Part shown: positions 1-11,959 of the stretch, piece after piece | Position numbering within the stretch: the stretch's first letter is position 1 | Layout of the letters: each line of letters starts with the position of its first letter | The notes under the pieces: generated by a model | What the model was told of the DNA's origin: nothing | Seen by the model: the letters and a program-made list of their open reading frames with translations, nothing else | Database searches by the model: none | Position numbers and translations under genes: made by a program | From: Octopus bimaculoides | Lineage: Eukaryota | Direction: 5' to 3' | NCBI RefSeq assembly: GCF_001194135.2 | Contig: NC_068984.1 | Location: 25,172,142-25,236,141, forward strand | Length of the DNA stretch: 64,000 bases

Positions 1-700
1 GTCTTTTTTTCTCTCTCTCTCCCTCCTCCCTCTCTCACACCAACTTTATTTGAAAATTCATTTAGGTAAATCATTAGTGATCTTCATCTCAGGTAACTTA
101 AGTACGTGATATATTATGCCCCGGTTTCTTCAAAAAATGTCACGACATACAACTCTGTTAGGTTTAAACTATTTCTATTATTTGTATTCTGCACAGAGGA
201 GACGTGATGTATGCATGCTGCAGTGAAGACAGCCCACCTAGGAAAGTAGTAACTCTAGTACTGCGAACAAATTTCAGTCCTGTCAGACAGCTTTTTGTAG
301 TGTGGAGGACATGAAAAAATGCATTCAGTCTGTGGTGTAAAATGGTTTGTGATAAGAAAGGCTTCTTTTAAAAAAAGGCATCAAAAACATGCTAGTCAGA
401 TCAAGAAAAAACCTTATTTACGTATATCAAGTTAATGTTGCACACTGTAATGGAGTGAGCAAGTGAGAAGAACTGTTTATATGTGAGCTAGCCACCTACA
501 CTTTTCTCTGCAAAATAGGGATAGTTTATCCTGTTCAGGCTATATTATTAGCATTATTCTGCGATTGAGAATTTAAAATCACTTCTTTAACTTTCTAAAA
601 GACATCTCAACGCTTCTAAAAGCTTCGTTTGTTTATTTACGTTTGTCGTAATTTAAATTTAAACTCTCTTGCTTTTAGATGCAGAAAATAGACATCAAAT

Positions 701-1110
701 GGATCTTTTTTAAAACGGGGGCCACATTTTTCATTAACGAAACACTTTGAAACTTGGACATTAAGTGCCGACTACATAAACAAACGATTCTGAAANNNNN
801 NNNNNGCAAATAAAACGAAGAAGAAAAAAAGAAAATGAAAAAAGCAAATTTAAAATGAAAAAAGCAAATAAAACGAAGCTATGGCTTAATCAGCCAAAGG
901 AGCAAATATAAACAACTGAATACTTGTCAGTGATTGGTTGAAATTATCGAAATAAGACAATTTTTTACATGAAATAAGTTCGAATACAAAAATATTTTTC
1001 TGTTCTATAACACAAAATAGATAAGTATACGAAGTTTGAAAGTCTTTCGGTACCAAAAACACTACGTAAAACATTAATGAAAAATGTGGCCCCCGTTTTA
1101 AAAAAGATCC
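701..1110. mobile_element. Non-autonomous DNA transposon (MITE), 410 bp including a 10-N gap
   Basis: Perfect 37-bp terminal inverted repeats (701-737 and 1074-1110, GGATCTTTTTTAAAACGGGGGCCACATTTTTCATTAA) flanked by direct repeat CATCAAAT (693-700, 1111-1118). Confidence 0.9.
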
Positions 1111-1859
1111 CATCAAATTACCAAAGCATCACCAGAAAATTTCCTTTTTCGATCAAGAATAAAACTTCAGAACTTCTAGCATTAACGTTGGCTTGAAATG
1201 CAGATCTGGAGAGATTGTAGATGTTTGCGATTAGATGCGTGCAGTGTACGTGAGGTAAGATAGGCGGAACCTCAGCCACACTCTTCACGAGCAGAGAACA
1301 CATGTACAAATTCTTCTGGGTGGCTAACAGAGCCAGAGTTGCTATTTTTGGCAGAGAAGTGGTTAGATAAAATAATTGAGGTAGTCAGAAAAGGTGAAGG
1401 AGCTGTCGTAGACAGCAACAGTGATCTCTGCATATATCCTCAATAAAGATCGATAGACGAAAAAAAAAAAAAAAGATCGTTTGTATGAGATTCTGCTGCA
1501 GATTTCTTCCATAATGAATGATACTAATCTCATTTTTCATGGCTGGGGAGTTTTTATGTTGGTCAACATAGTAATGACAACACTGACTTGAGGAAGCTGA
1601 CTAACCACCTGATAACCAGCTAAACAAATGAACGCAAGTCAAATAGAATCCATGATAATCAGAAACCTGGATAAACAGATGGTTGTGAATACTAAATATT
1701 TTCTCAAAGAAGAATGTACCACTCTCCCCAGGAAGAAAATGGGAAACAGAGAACAAAATCAGATTGCTTGAAAGAAAGATGACAGATATATGTAACTCGG
1801 AGGCAGGCACGTAGCCAGCCGATTGCAATTCGGCGGTGGCGAGGGCTATCTTTATAGCT

Positions 1860-4569
1860 GCGGGTGCTGAACAGAACTCTAAAAACCGTACTGTTTATAA
1901 AATTTGAATACGTTTTTCAAGAAAATTCCACAAGACAAAATGATAAAATCAGGTTACATTTATCTAATACAAGTGCAACCTACGGCAACGCAATGCCAAA
2001 AAAAAAATGAGGAAAATCGTCCTTGTCTATGAGTGATTTGTATTTACTAAGAGAAGCAAGTATCACAAGGTTTGATTTTCGCGGGTGCAAAATTTTGCTA
2101 AGAACAAAGGCTAGAAAAACAAACTTTTTGGAACGAACTTGCTATAAAATTCTAGTTGCTTCAATCCACGTTTTTGAATCTGATGAATCTGTGCACTAAG
2201 CAAACCAACAATCTTGAAGTGATTTTCTATTTACAGAAGCAATGGCACTGAAATGACCCGGCCATCTATGCTCCATAAGATGTAGCAATTTCAATCATTT
2301 GCAGAGACTAGCTATCCTTAGCCATTTAATAACATTATGAAGAATATTAACGGTGTCGAAGAACGTAGCTAACTCCGGAATCCACTTTATTGTGTTAACC
2401 ACAACAAGATGCAAATGATGATTAAGACAATGAACATAGGGTTTATGTTTTTCGAGTCGATTCTGAGTCTTTCTTTGAACATCATCTATTTTGCCAGACA
2501 TCACAGGAGCACTGTCGTAGCATTGTGACAACATACGCTTTGGGTCAATACCAAAGTTGTTTAATTCCTTAAGTAACAAGTCGACCAATGATTCAGTATC
2601 ATAATGTTGAATAGTTGGCATTGCAACTAAGTTTTCCAGAACTCTGCCGTTTTCAAGTACCTGTAGCGTACACTCGAGTGAAATTCCTCTCTCCTCTTTA
2701 TTATATATACGTGCATTCGAACGTAGCAGGTAACAGCTAGCCTTTGGTTGCTATTTGGATCCCGTTGTGTCCACTATTCTGATTGGTTGATATTGGCGCA
2801 ATTTGTCTCTTACTCTGTCGTGCCAGTTTGCCGCATATAAACAATCGGAGCCTCTAAAAAAAATCACGTAAGACAGTCTGTTCTCATTCCAGTTTTTAAG
2901 CCTACAGCTCCTTATAAAAACATATCTTTTCCTCTTTCGAAGTCTTTCGGTTCCAGACCTTTTTATGTCTTGGTACTGACCACACAAGACACAGTCAGTT
3001 CCAGCGATGACACCCCAGCAGCCACGTTAAGACTTACCAACTTTGTCCAACAACATTACGACCACCTCCTTCGTCGCCATCATCTTCTCAACGTCGTCAA
3101 CATCATCTCTCTACGAACACAGCTCAACAAGTATTTCATCCAGGTTCCAACACTTCACTGTTCGTAAATTACTTCACCATGGATCAAAAGCGAATATACA
3201 ACCTGCAAGAACTCCTGTACCAAGTGACCCAGGCAGTAGCATCGCAGCCACGACTTTACGTACGATATATACCTATAACCGGCTCAGCATCATGGCCACC
3301 ACTTCTGGATACAGCATTTCAACTACCGTGTACAATTGACTACGAACTGGTATTCTCTTTCTTGTGTGCATGAACTTTCTTCTGACTTCGATGGCGATAG
3401 ATTCTTTCACTGTACCCTTCATTGCCATTCTTATATGTTCTTAACAGGCGCATACATCTATGCTTACACGCACACATACATTTGTTCTCATGACGGCCTG
3501 TCTATTATTCTGTATACATGACGCACACACAAACACACATCTTAACATATCAATAAATCTTCTCTTAATCATTCTATGCGGTTGTGTCTCCTTTTTTCCC
3601 TCCGGCATTTATATGTAATATTCAATATGTATTTATAGTAAGGGCTGTATGATGTACTAAAGAGCGATTCTCGTCACCTCGCATCGCACAGTCCTAATAA
3701 TAATCGCAATATTTTCAGTATTACTCAAATCATGCATTCCGTCACATTTCAGCATGAAGTAAGGAACATCAGAACATTTTATTTCATCGACAAGGTTGAC
3801 AGTGTATCTCCTCAACAATTCGATTATTTCGTTTTGTATTGCTGCTGAGGTATAGGTCGCATTTTTTGGAATCGTGCTGTAAAATTCCATTAGCCTTGAG
3901 TTTTTCTCTAATGTGTATTGAAATAATTTCATGAAAAGACCACAAAGTTGCGTCTCACCTTCCGAATAAATATCCTCAAAAAATCCGTTTGCGCAAAGAA
4001 AATGCATAATATCAACAATTGAATTGATATAGTAACGGTTTTTGCTCAACTGATCATTTTTCAAAATTGAAGATACGAATGTTGTTGTGGATAAACGCTA
4101 TTGGCGTGCCTTCCATGTTATTATAACTTGGATATGAGCTGCAGAGTTTGCGTGCTTATTTAAACCTTTGTTGTTGTTTTTTCTTTCTTTTGCATGATGC
4201 CAGTTAGAATATCCATCTTTAATAAAGCAAGTATCCACTTGAGCAGAAGTGTTAAAGTGCCGACAAGGAAACAAAATAACGTTTTATTTGAAACAGAATA
4301 CTCTAACCATGGACGACCGGTATACTAGCTTGATGAGAAGTCACGTTTCTGATGTTCACAGATCTTTGAACCAAACTTTGCTGTACTGGTTGGTAGTCGA
4401 CCTGTCCAAGATCATCCAATGAGGATGTCAAAGACTCTGCAAAACTAACACTACCTTCCTTGAGCTGCGAAACTGCTTCGTTTGCAATTCTCTTCTGTTT
4501 AGCATTAGATGAATCAGATTGGAAATTCAGCAATGATTGCTTCAGTTCTCTTTTTCGGCTGCGATTCAT
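1860..4569 (-). pseudogene. hAT-superfamily transposase pseudogene (ZMYM1-like: TTF-type zinc finger plus DUF4371-like region), interrupted by a solo LTR
   Basis: Frameshifted segments read EYSVSNKTLFCFPCRHF...DGYSNW...LNKHANSAAH (TTF zinc finger), YAT...IQNEII-like TYTSAAIQNEIIELL, FMLKCDGMHDLSNTENIAIIIR, and SQCYDSAPVMSGK...YVHCLNHHLHLVV. Stops and frameshifts present; 3' boundary approximate. Confidence 0.85.
2662..3690 (+). mobile_element. Solo LTR (about 1.03 kb) inserted in the hAT transposase
   Basis: TGT...ACA termini; degenerate 5-bp TSD (GTACC at 2657-2661, GT-CC after 3690); CCAAT-type ctgattggtt near 2779, ATATAAA 2835-2841, AATAAA 3552-3557. The transposase frame resumes across it (IIIR|Y...ENGRVLENLVAM). 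Confidence 0.75.
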
Positions 4570-5311
4570 TATTGTACCAACACTCCGTCGTACACTGACC
4601 ATAAGTCGTACACTTCGTTGAGTGATCTTACACTAATGCCGATTGAATAAAAACGATTTAACCACTTTATTCTGATTTATATATATGTAACAACAGAGCG
4701 AGTCGTTTGTGGCATAAGAAACCAGTTCAAGCAAATTTTTTCAACAATTTCTTCAAAGTTATGCCTTTTTAATTAAACACAAAAAGGTTTCAGTATGAAC
4801 TTTCGGAAAGTATGCTCAAAGAGAAACAAAAATTATTCCNNNNNNNNNNNNNNNNNNNNNNNNNNNNNNNNNNNNNNNNNNNNNNNNNNNNNNNNNNNNN
4901 NNNNNNNNNNNNNNNNNNNNNNNNNNNNNNNNNNNNNNNNNNNNNNNNNNNNNNNNNNNNNNNNNNNNNNNNNNNNNNNNNNNNNNNNNNNNNNNNNNNN
5001 NNNNNNNNNNNNNNNNNNNNNNNNNNNNNNNNNNNNNNNNNNNNNNNNNNNNNNNNNNNNNNNNNNNNNNNNNNNNNNNNNNNNNNNNNNNNNNNNNNNN
5101 NNNNNNNNNNNNNNNNNNNNNNNNNNNNNNNNNNNNNNNNNNNNNNNNNNNNNNNNNNNNNNNNNNNNNNNNNNNNNNNNNNNNNNNNNNNNNNNNNNNN
5201 NNNNNNNNNNNNNNNNNNNNNNNNNNNNNNNNNNNNNNNNNNNNNNNNNNNNNNNNNNNNNNNNNNNNNNNNNNNNNNNNNNNNNNNNNNNNNNNNNNNN
5301 NNNNNNNNNNN

Positions 5312-5312
5312 N

Positions 5313-5365
<53 letters not shown>
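5312..5365. repeat. (TG)n microsatellite next to a gap; one of many (TA)n, (CA)n and (TACA)n tracts (e.g. 7595-7650, 19570-19660, 20288-20372, 34328-34401, 55558-55620)
   Basis: Direct reading; most N-gaps are flanked by such tracts. Confidence 0.95.
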
Positions 5366-5369
<4 letters not shown>

Positions 5370-6412
5370 GAACGACCGTGCGAACCAAAGGAGCATGGCG
5401 ATGAAGTGGAAACAGGCTCCTTTTACCGCGTCGCACGGTCGTCACACAAAACATGTAATATGACATATGAAGTGCTCACATGTGAGATGCGAGCAAGTGC
5501 CAGCAAAGAAAGGAGAGAGTGACACAACCGTTAGATGTATATATAGAGTAAGTTTATTAACATAGTGAACTGTGTGTCTGTGTGTGCGTGCATGTGACAA
5601 TATAAGTAACACAATATTTATGACGGACCACCGTATATAAGCAAGAGTGTGAATACAATATGTGTGAATACAATATGTGTGAGTACAATAATATGAGTTT
5701 GTATGTGAATGTGGAATATAAAGCATAGAATAAGCGTCTGTAAAAGTGACGATAAGCGTTGGAACACATAGATAGAGAAATATCAGTTCATAGAAGAGTT
5801 ACACAGTAGGTAGAATGTTCGTACGCAAAAGGTTGTGGCCGAATAGCAGAGCTGTGGTGTCACATGTTGTGTGTGAAGTTGAGCGTCGATGCTGCGACCG
5901 GTTACTTGGTACAGAATATCCTCGCAGATTGTTCTTTTCGTGGTGGAAACAATCCACACAAACACTGTTGAGAAGGAACTGCGGTTGTTGTTGGTAGCTT
6001 GTGTACTCTGGTGGTGGTGGTGTTGGCGCTGGCGACGGCATTGTAGCAGACAGTAGATCGGTGGTGTTGACGTCGTCGCTGGAAACTGGCAGAAGCTGTG
6101 TTCTGTGAGATGATCAACGACCAGACCTGTAAGAGGTCTGAAGTCGAAGACAAACTGACGTGGATGAAGCAAGCTTATTTATAGATAAAAAGGGGCTCAC
6201 GAAACAGGTAGAAAACACTCGCTCAGGTGACCTTAACTGAAGGCCACGATTGGTCGGTATGCACCCTGACGCGAAACAGAACTGTTGACAAATGCCGCGC
6301 AAACAAGAACCAATCAGGGTGATGGACACAACAGGGTCCAAACGGCCGAAGGCTAGATGTTAGCCGCTACGTTATCATTCGTAAATAAATACCCGAGAGG
6401 TTTCACTACACA
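5363..6412 (-). mobile_element. Second LTR-like element, diverged relative of 2662-3690
   Basis: Minus strand AACGTAGCGGCTAACATCTAGCCTTCGGCCGTTTGGACCCTGTTGTGTCCATCACCCTGATTGGTT aligns by eye to plus 2720-2790; TATAAA (6178-6183) and AATAAA (5553-5558) in the same order; similar length; ends in TTACA. Both ends abut microsatellites or gaps. Confidence 0.65.
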
Positions 6413-6876
6413 TATAAATATATATATATATANNNNNNNNNNNNNNNNNNNNNNNNNNNNNNNNNNNNNNNNNNNNNNNNNNNNNNNNNNNNNNNNNNNN
6501 NNNNNNNNNNNNNNNNNNNNNNNNNNNNNNNNNNNNNNNNNNNNNNNNNNNNNNNNNNNNNNNNNNNNNNNNNNNNNNNNNNNNNNNNNNNNNNNNNNNN
6601 NNNNNNNNNNNNNNNNNNNNNNNNNNNNNNNNNNNNNNNNNNNNNNNNNNNNNNNNNNNNNNNNNNNNNNNNNNNNNNNNNNNNNNNNNNNNNNNNNNNN
6701 NNNNNNNNNNNNNNNNNNNNNNNNNNNNNNNNNNNNNNNNNNNNNNNNNNNNNNNNNNNNNNNNNNNNNNNNNNNNNNNNNNNNNNNNNNNNNNNNNNNN
6801 NNNNNNNNNNNNNNNNNNNNNNNNNNNNNNNNNNNNNNNNNNNNNNNNNNNNNNNNNNNNNNNNNNNNNNNNNNNN

Positions 6877-7140
6877 ACGAGCGAATCTTTAAGGATCCTC
6901 GTGCGCTCGGTAATGCATAACTGGTACCGTTTCGTCCCGTTTATGTAGGGGCCTGGATTCTCAAGTATTTTTCATGCGATCGAGTATGGAATCTCCTTGT
7001 CTCATAACTGCCAGATATGGCTGGCCAGCGATGTCACGTATCTCCTTTCCGGGACTCTGAAGGAGGACAGATGATTGGAAATACGCTGTTTGAAAGAGTT
7101 CCCAGTGCACCCCACGTACTTCCGTGGGCGCCATATTTTA
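6877..7140 (-). mobile_element. Penelope-like retroelement fragment, GIY-YIG endonuclease domain (pseudogenised)
   Basis: Translates KYVGCTGNSFKQRISNHLSSFRVPERRYVTSLASHIWQL*DKEIPYSIA*KILENPGPYINGTKRYQLCITERTRIL, the typical PLE YIG..T...F..R..NH..SF...LS.HIW.L...C.LC..E pattern; two in-frame stops; runs into a gap. Confidence 0.85.
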
Positions 7141-7294
7141 AAGAGGTCTCAGGCCAGCAATGTTTGGGGTCTGAAGATACGCCGTAAGGCTAAACCCCTT
7201 GTGAGCGAGAAATCCAGGGTAACCCTATAAACCGGTCTACCCCACTATAATATCAACTGCTCTACATATTCGGATTTATGTATTTCTACAAGCG

Positions 7295-7339
<45 letters not shown>

Positions 7340-7365
7340 CACACACACACACACACACAAACATA

Positions 7366-7590
7366 TACTCTTTACTCTTTTACTTCTTTCAGTCTGTGAC
7401 TGTGGCTACGCTGGAGAACCACCTTTAGTCGAGTAAATCAACCCAGGACTTATTCTTTGTAAGCCTAGTACTTATTCTATCGGTCTCTTTTGCCGAACCG
7501 CTAAGTTACAGGGACGTAAACACAACAGCATCGGTTGTCAAGCGATGTTGCGGGGGGGGGGACAAACGCAGACACACATATATACATATA

Positions 7591-7656
<66 letters not shown>

Positions 7657-7823
7657 TACGACGGGCTTCTTTCAGTTTCCGTCTACCAAATCCACTCACA
7701 AGGCTTTGGTCGGCCCGAGGCTATAGTTGAAGACACTTGCCCAAGGTGCCACGCCTTTGGGACTGAACCCGGAACAATGTGGTTCGTAAGCAAGCTACTT
7801 ACCACACAGCCACTCCTACGCCT
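7366..7823 (-). mobile_element. tRNA-derived SINE with central microsatellite (octopus-type)
   Basis: Minus-strand head GGAGTGGCTGTGTGG (A-box-like) and GGGTTCAGTCCC (B-box-like); near-identical to 9535-9970; internal (TA)n. Confidence 0.85.
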
Positions 7824-7981
7824 ATGTGTACCTAGAAGATTTTTGTCGCCTGAGATAAAGTAGTCAATGTTTTTTAGACACACCCACACACATAAATTTG
7901 TCTCCAGTTTATTTCTCCATTGGGTATTAAGATGGAATTGCTTTCAGTACTGACCAATTCTATAGTACACGCGCGCACACA

Positions 7982-8014
<33 letters not shown>

Positions 8015-8199
8015 CTGCATTCTTCCAGTGGATAATACTAATTCTGAAACTGGAAGAGCTAAAATTCTAACCGTGGGGTGGGGGATAAGCACGTCATAGC
8101 CCCATCATGGTTACGTGCCTAGAAAATTGATGTTGAATTTCTCAAATCAAGTAAGTTCTGCGGTATGTAAATGATGAACTGTCGTCCTTCAACTTGAAA

Positions 8200-8580
8200 C
8201 ACTATTGAAAAAACTTGGTTGCTCTATAATCAGATATTTCGGCAGCCTGTCAGGAGTCCTTAGGCTTCACAGCTAGAAAGCATGAAGACCTGTTTGACGA
8301 GAACAACGCCCATTTGGGCGTTGATCGACAAAAAAGAGACCAGTTATTCATAACTACTAAATAAGAATAATGAACGCAAAAGAAGAGCTTACCAGCCAGA
8401 AAAGGCAGCAATCCGGAAATAAATAAGTGCATAAAAGAAAGAAAATTGGTAGCTGACGAATGCAATCGAAATCTAGGGAAAAAAAATATATGCATGACAT
8501 AATAGGTTTCTTTACACATTTAATGCAACCTATTGCCCAGGTACACCAAGCTCAACAGTCCGCAAATCTTAAGACAGTAC
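8200..8580 (+). mobile_element. RTE-clade LINE fragment
   Basis: Translates LGFTARKHEDLFDENNAH, matching the RTE LGF..RKHQDWFDEND motif; degraded. Confidence 0.6.
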
Positions 8581-8601
8581 GAGACTTATATAATATAATG
8601 T

Positions 8602-8787
8602 ATTTTTTATTCTTTTATTCTTTTACTTGTTTCAGTCATTTGACTGCGGCCATGCTGGAGTACCGCCTTTAGTCGAGCAAATCGACCCCAGGACTTATTC
8701 TTTGTAAGCCTAGTACTTTTCTATCGGTCGCTTTTGCCGAACCGCTACGTTACGGGGACGTAAACACACCAGAACCGGTTGTCAATA
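8602..8787 (-). mobile_element. SINE 3' half (same family as 7366-7823)
   Basis: Shared block cttgtttcagtcatttgactgcggccatgctggag...ggggacgtaaacacacc. Confidence 0.8.
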
Positions 8788-9089
8788 TAATGTATGTATG
8801 TACGTACATACATAGATACATACATACATACATACATACATACATACATACATACTGTATAGATGTACATATACATGTCTATATTGCAGGTTTCTGTGTG
8901 TGCAAGTGTATGAGGTGCTTCTGTATGTATTTTCGTATGTTTCCATGTGTGCATATGAGTGAATATATCTCTTTGTCTGTCTGCCTCACAAGATCGTTAT
9001 TTGAGGACAATTCTCGTGCTGTTTACGGTTCTTATTGCTTTATTAACTGCTGGCCAACATGTCCACTTGACCCAACTTCTCCACCACCC

Positions 9090-9530
9090 ACGTCAGCCAT
9101 ACCATCACCAACAACAATACCATATCCATGCNNNNNNNNNNACTATTAACCACCACCATTTCCCATACATACTAAACCATTTCAGCAGTCCACCTACATC
9201 ACCATCATCACAATCATCTACTTCATTATCATTATCCCCAGTAACACCGCTATACTCAACGTAGCCATTCCTATCTTCTAATTTAGCAGAGCCCTTCTAT
9301 CGTTATCGGCATCAATACCATCACCTTCATCACACCCATCACCATCATAGTCACTCAAACAACTTCGTTACCATTCCCGCATATATCACACATTACCAAT
9401 ACTTCTTTCACTACTACCACCATTTTCACCAACACCAACTTTACTTTCATGCCAATACATGCATCACGTCCATTAATCAGCATCATCATAATCTTTAACA
9501 TCTTCAACATCATTTACATCAGTGCTAATC
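9090..9530. repeat. Degenerate CAY/ACC-rich low-complexity tract
   Basis: Runs of cat/cac/acc triplets. Confidence 0.6.
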
Positions 9531-9534
9531 AAAC

Positions 9535-9970
9535 TACTCTTTTATTTGTTTCAGTCATTTGACTGCGGCCATGCTGGAGCACCTTTAGTCGAGCAAATCG
9601 ACCCGAGGACTTATTCTTTGTAAGCCTAGTACTTATTCTATCAGTTTCTTTTGCCAAACCGCTAAGTTACGGGGACGTAAACACACCAGCATCGGTTGTC
9701 AAGCGAAGTTGGGGGACAAACACAGACACACAAACATATACACACACGCACACACACACACACACACACACATACACACACACACACATATATATATACA
9801 TATATACGACGGGTTTCTTTCAGTTTCCGTCTACCAAATCCACTCACAAGGCTTCGGTCGGCCCGAGGCTATAGTAGAAGACACTTGCCCAAGGTTCCAC
9901 GCAGTGGGACTGAACCCAAAACCATGTGGTTGTTAAGCAAGCTACTTACCACACAGCCACTCCTGCGCCT
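9535..9970 (-). mobile_element. tRNA-derived SINE with central (CA)n
   Basis: Full-length copy of the 7366-7823 family with A/B-box-like head on the minus strand. Confidence 0.85.
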
Positions 9971-11020
9971 ATACTAACGATCCTTACTAACACTTTTTCC
10001 AACCTCCCTCCCATTTTTAAAGTTCATACAAGTAATAGCAGGCCAGAGTGATTTAGTTATTTCAGATGTAGATCCCTGTCATGAGTTCCCATCACAATGA
10101 AGGCATATATCAGTATAGCAAGAGCAAGTCTCTGCTTCTGAGACATCATAGAACTTAAAAACGAAAAGTTCCGCTATGCGAGCGATTAGAGAACCGCAAC
10201 TGTTCTTGCCTATACTACAATTTGCTGCATTCATACACGGTGTCCAAAAAACATGCCTCTTCAACAAGCAGGCTCGGATGTGGCAGCTTAGTCCCAACGA
10301 CCCAGCTATGCACAGATTGTGCTGGCTTACGTGGTTACTCGTTGCAGGTCTCTCGTTATCAGATCTTTGACCACACACACGTATACATTCAAACCTACAC
10401 GTAGAATAAATAAAAAGTAAAAATTGCACTAAAAGTTTTTGCACGACTTCAAAATACAAATAGTCACAGCTCTTTCTCATATCATTCCAAAATATAATGT
10501 GAAATGTAAATTTCAGGGTACAGCATTAGCAGTATGATAATTGACAACGTAATGTCACACAACTAGGAGTGTAGTCATGTTAATTAAAACAATGCATTTA
10601 CTTTCAGTCGATATTTGTTAAATCGCGTTTCTTTGTTGATCCGTTGTTATTCAGATGTTTAACTACCACTCTGGTTAAACGGGAAAATAATATATTTTGG
10701 CAAGGATCGTCTCCCACAGTTAATTGTATATTAACTCAAGAGAATTTTCTTGCATACAGCCTCTAAATTTGTTGACGATGTAATGTCACTCACGATGAAG
10801 TGTCATGCCTGCCTCCCCAGCGTAATGTTCTCAACAACTTTTGCACGTTAAAGAATATATTAAACTTTCGGAGTAATATGAAAGGTTTGTTTAAATGTTT
10901 AATTAGAATGTCGTCTTTAATTCTCATATTTCCATTCTGTGGCTTTGATAATGACAATAATAACAAATACTTCGTTAGAGGAATTCGATAGGAAAAACTG
11001 TGCATTTATGTGTGTGTGTA

Positions 11021-11880
11021 CTAGCAAATGCACCCGTCCTTTGGACCGTGTAACTTATTATAATGATGCGCTCCTCTGGACAGTTTAAGTTGAATTAGCC
11101 CGCAGCTAGAAGTCGTTTCAAGTTGATAAGTGTAAAATGTATAAGTACCATTTTCGTTATCAGTTTATGATATGGTATAAAGCAACTTAGGTAATGAATA
11201 AATTTTGTTGAACAGAAATTTGGTAGTTAGTAATAAATGAAAGTCCATGGAATGAGATCGCAATTTCAGTAATTATTAGGGATCCTATATCTTACTTGAA
11301 GCGTTTTGTATCATGCGTTTATTTTTCTCGTAATGTCTGACACAGCTGCATTGAAGCTTTTTTTTTTTTCAATGAAAGTCATGAATGATAAAGAAAAGCA
11401 AACATTTATAACAAACACACAAATAGAATAATTATTCTATGTTTCCGAGCACAAAATTGTATACGTCAGTTTGATCGAAATTCAAAAGGGGCTCGTTGTC
11501 AGCAATGTATTGTTTGAGTTTGTGAATGTTGTAGGATGTTTCTCTGAGAATGAGGCGATTGGGACAGGCGTCTTCATTTCTGTCTGGAGTGTTGAGAGAA
11601 TAAGCGCCCAATCGTTGACCTTCAATTGCCATAACCAAGTCTTCCAAGAGAAGAAGCCCTCTGTTGTAAATGTAGTGGGAGTGTCAACGCTACCTGTGAT
11701 TTGGCGAGTCTGCATCTGTCAGGTTGCAGAAAACCAGCATTAATGCAAAAAGATGTCGAAGTTTGTGCGGAGAATCAGCTTTGGTCTGTAGTTCTCGTTA
11801 ATAAAGATAGCGGACAGAAAATTCTAAGTATCATTTTGGTAGAATGATCGATCTTTGTCAGATTGAGAACCACTGGTGTA
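11021..11880 (-). mobile_element. Internally deleted Helitron remnant
   Basis: Minus-strand RepHel-like peptides LRHLFALMLVFC and MEDLVMAIEGQRLGAYSLNTPDR...LILRETSYN...NEPLLNFDQTDVY; 3' end with GC hairpin (11031-11050) followed by CTAG|T at 11021. Confidence 0.7.
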
Positions 11881-11959
11881 AAGTTGGTCAGGCAGAAAGT
11901 GTGTGTGTAAAATACTATCGGTCACAAGCTAGATCCGGTCTCAAGAGCAGTGTACTTGC

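Noticed and set aside
1118-1309. 63-aa ORF containing VHCTHL as the hAT C-terminus
   Set aside because: The YVHC motif is already accounted for at about 2430 and no ERSFS dimerisation motif is visible; left unassigned.
2970-3373. Ser/Thr/His-rich short ORFs in the LTR, and the similar set at 5783-6172
   Set aside because: Low-complexity CAA/CAC-rich LTR sequence; no domain or consistent frame.
5387-5423. GCGATGAAGTGGAAAC resembling a hammerhead core
   Set aside because: No CUGA, no stem II and no NUH triplet in register.
4795-5522. Long ORFs spanning N-gaps (also 6357-6920, 12382-13277, 52407-53100, 57118-57801, 60465-60863)
   Set aside because: Artefacts of translating N runs.
7770-7823. 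tRNA-like heads here and at 9900-9970 and 14460-14516 as tRNA genes
   Set aside because: They continue into SINE bodies and lack a complete cloverleaf.
7535-7863. [12 protein letters not shown] ORFs (also 19-20 kb, 34.3 kb, 48.5-48.9 kb)
   Set aside because: Microsatellite translations.
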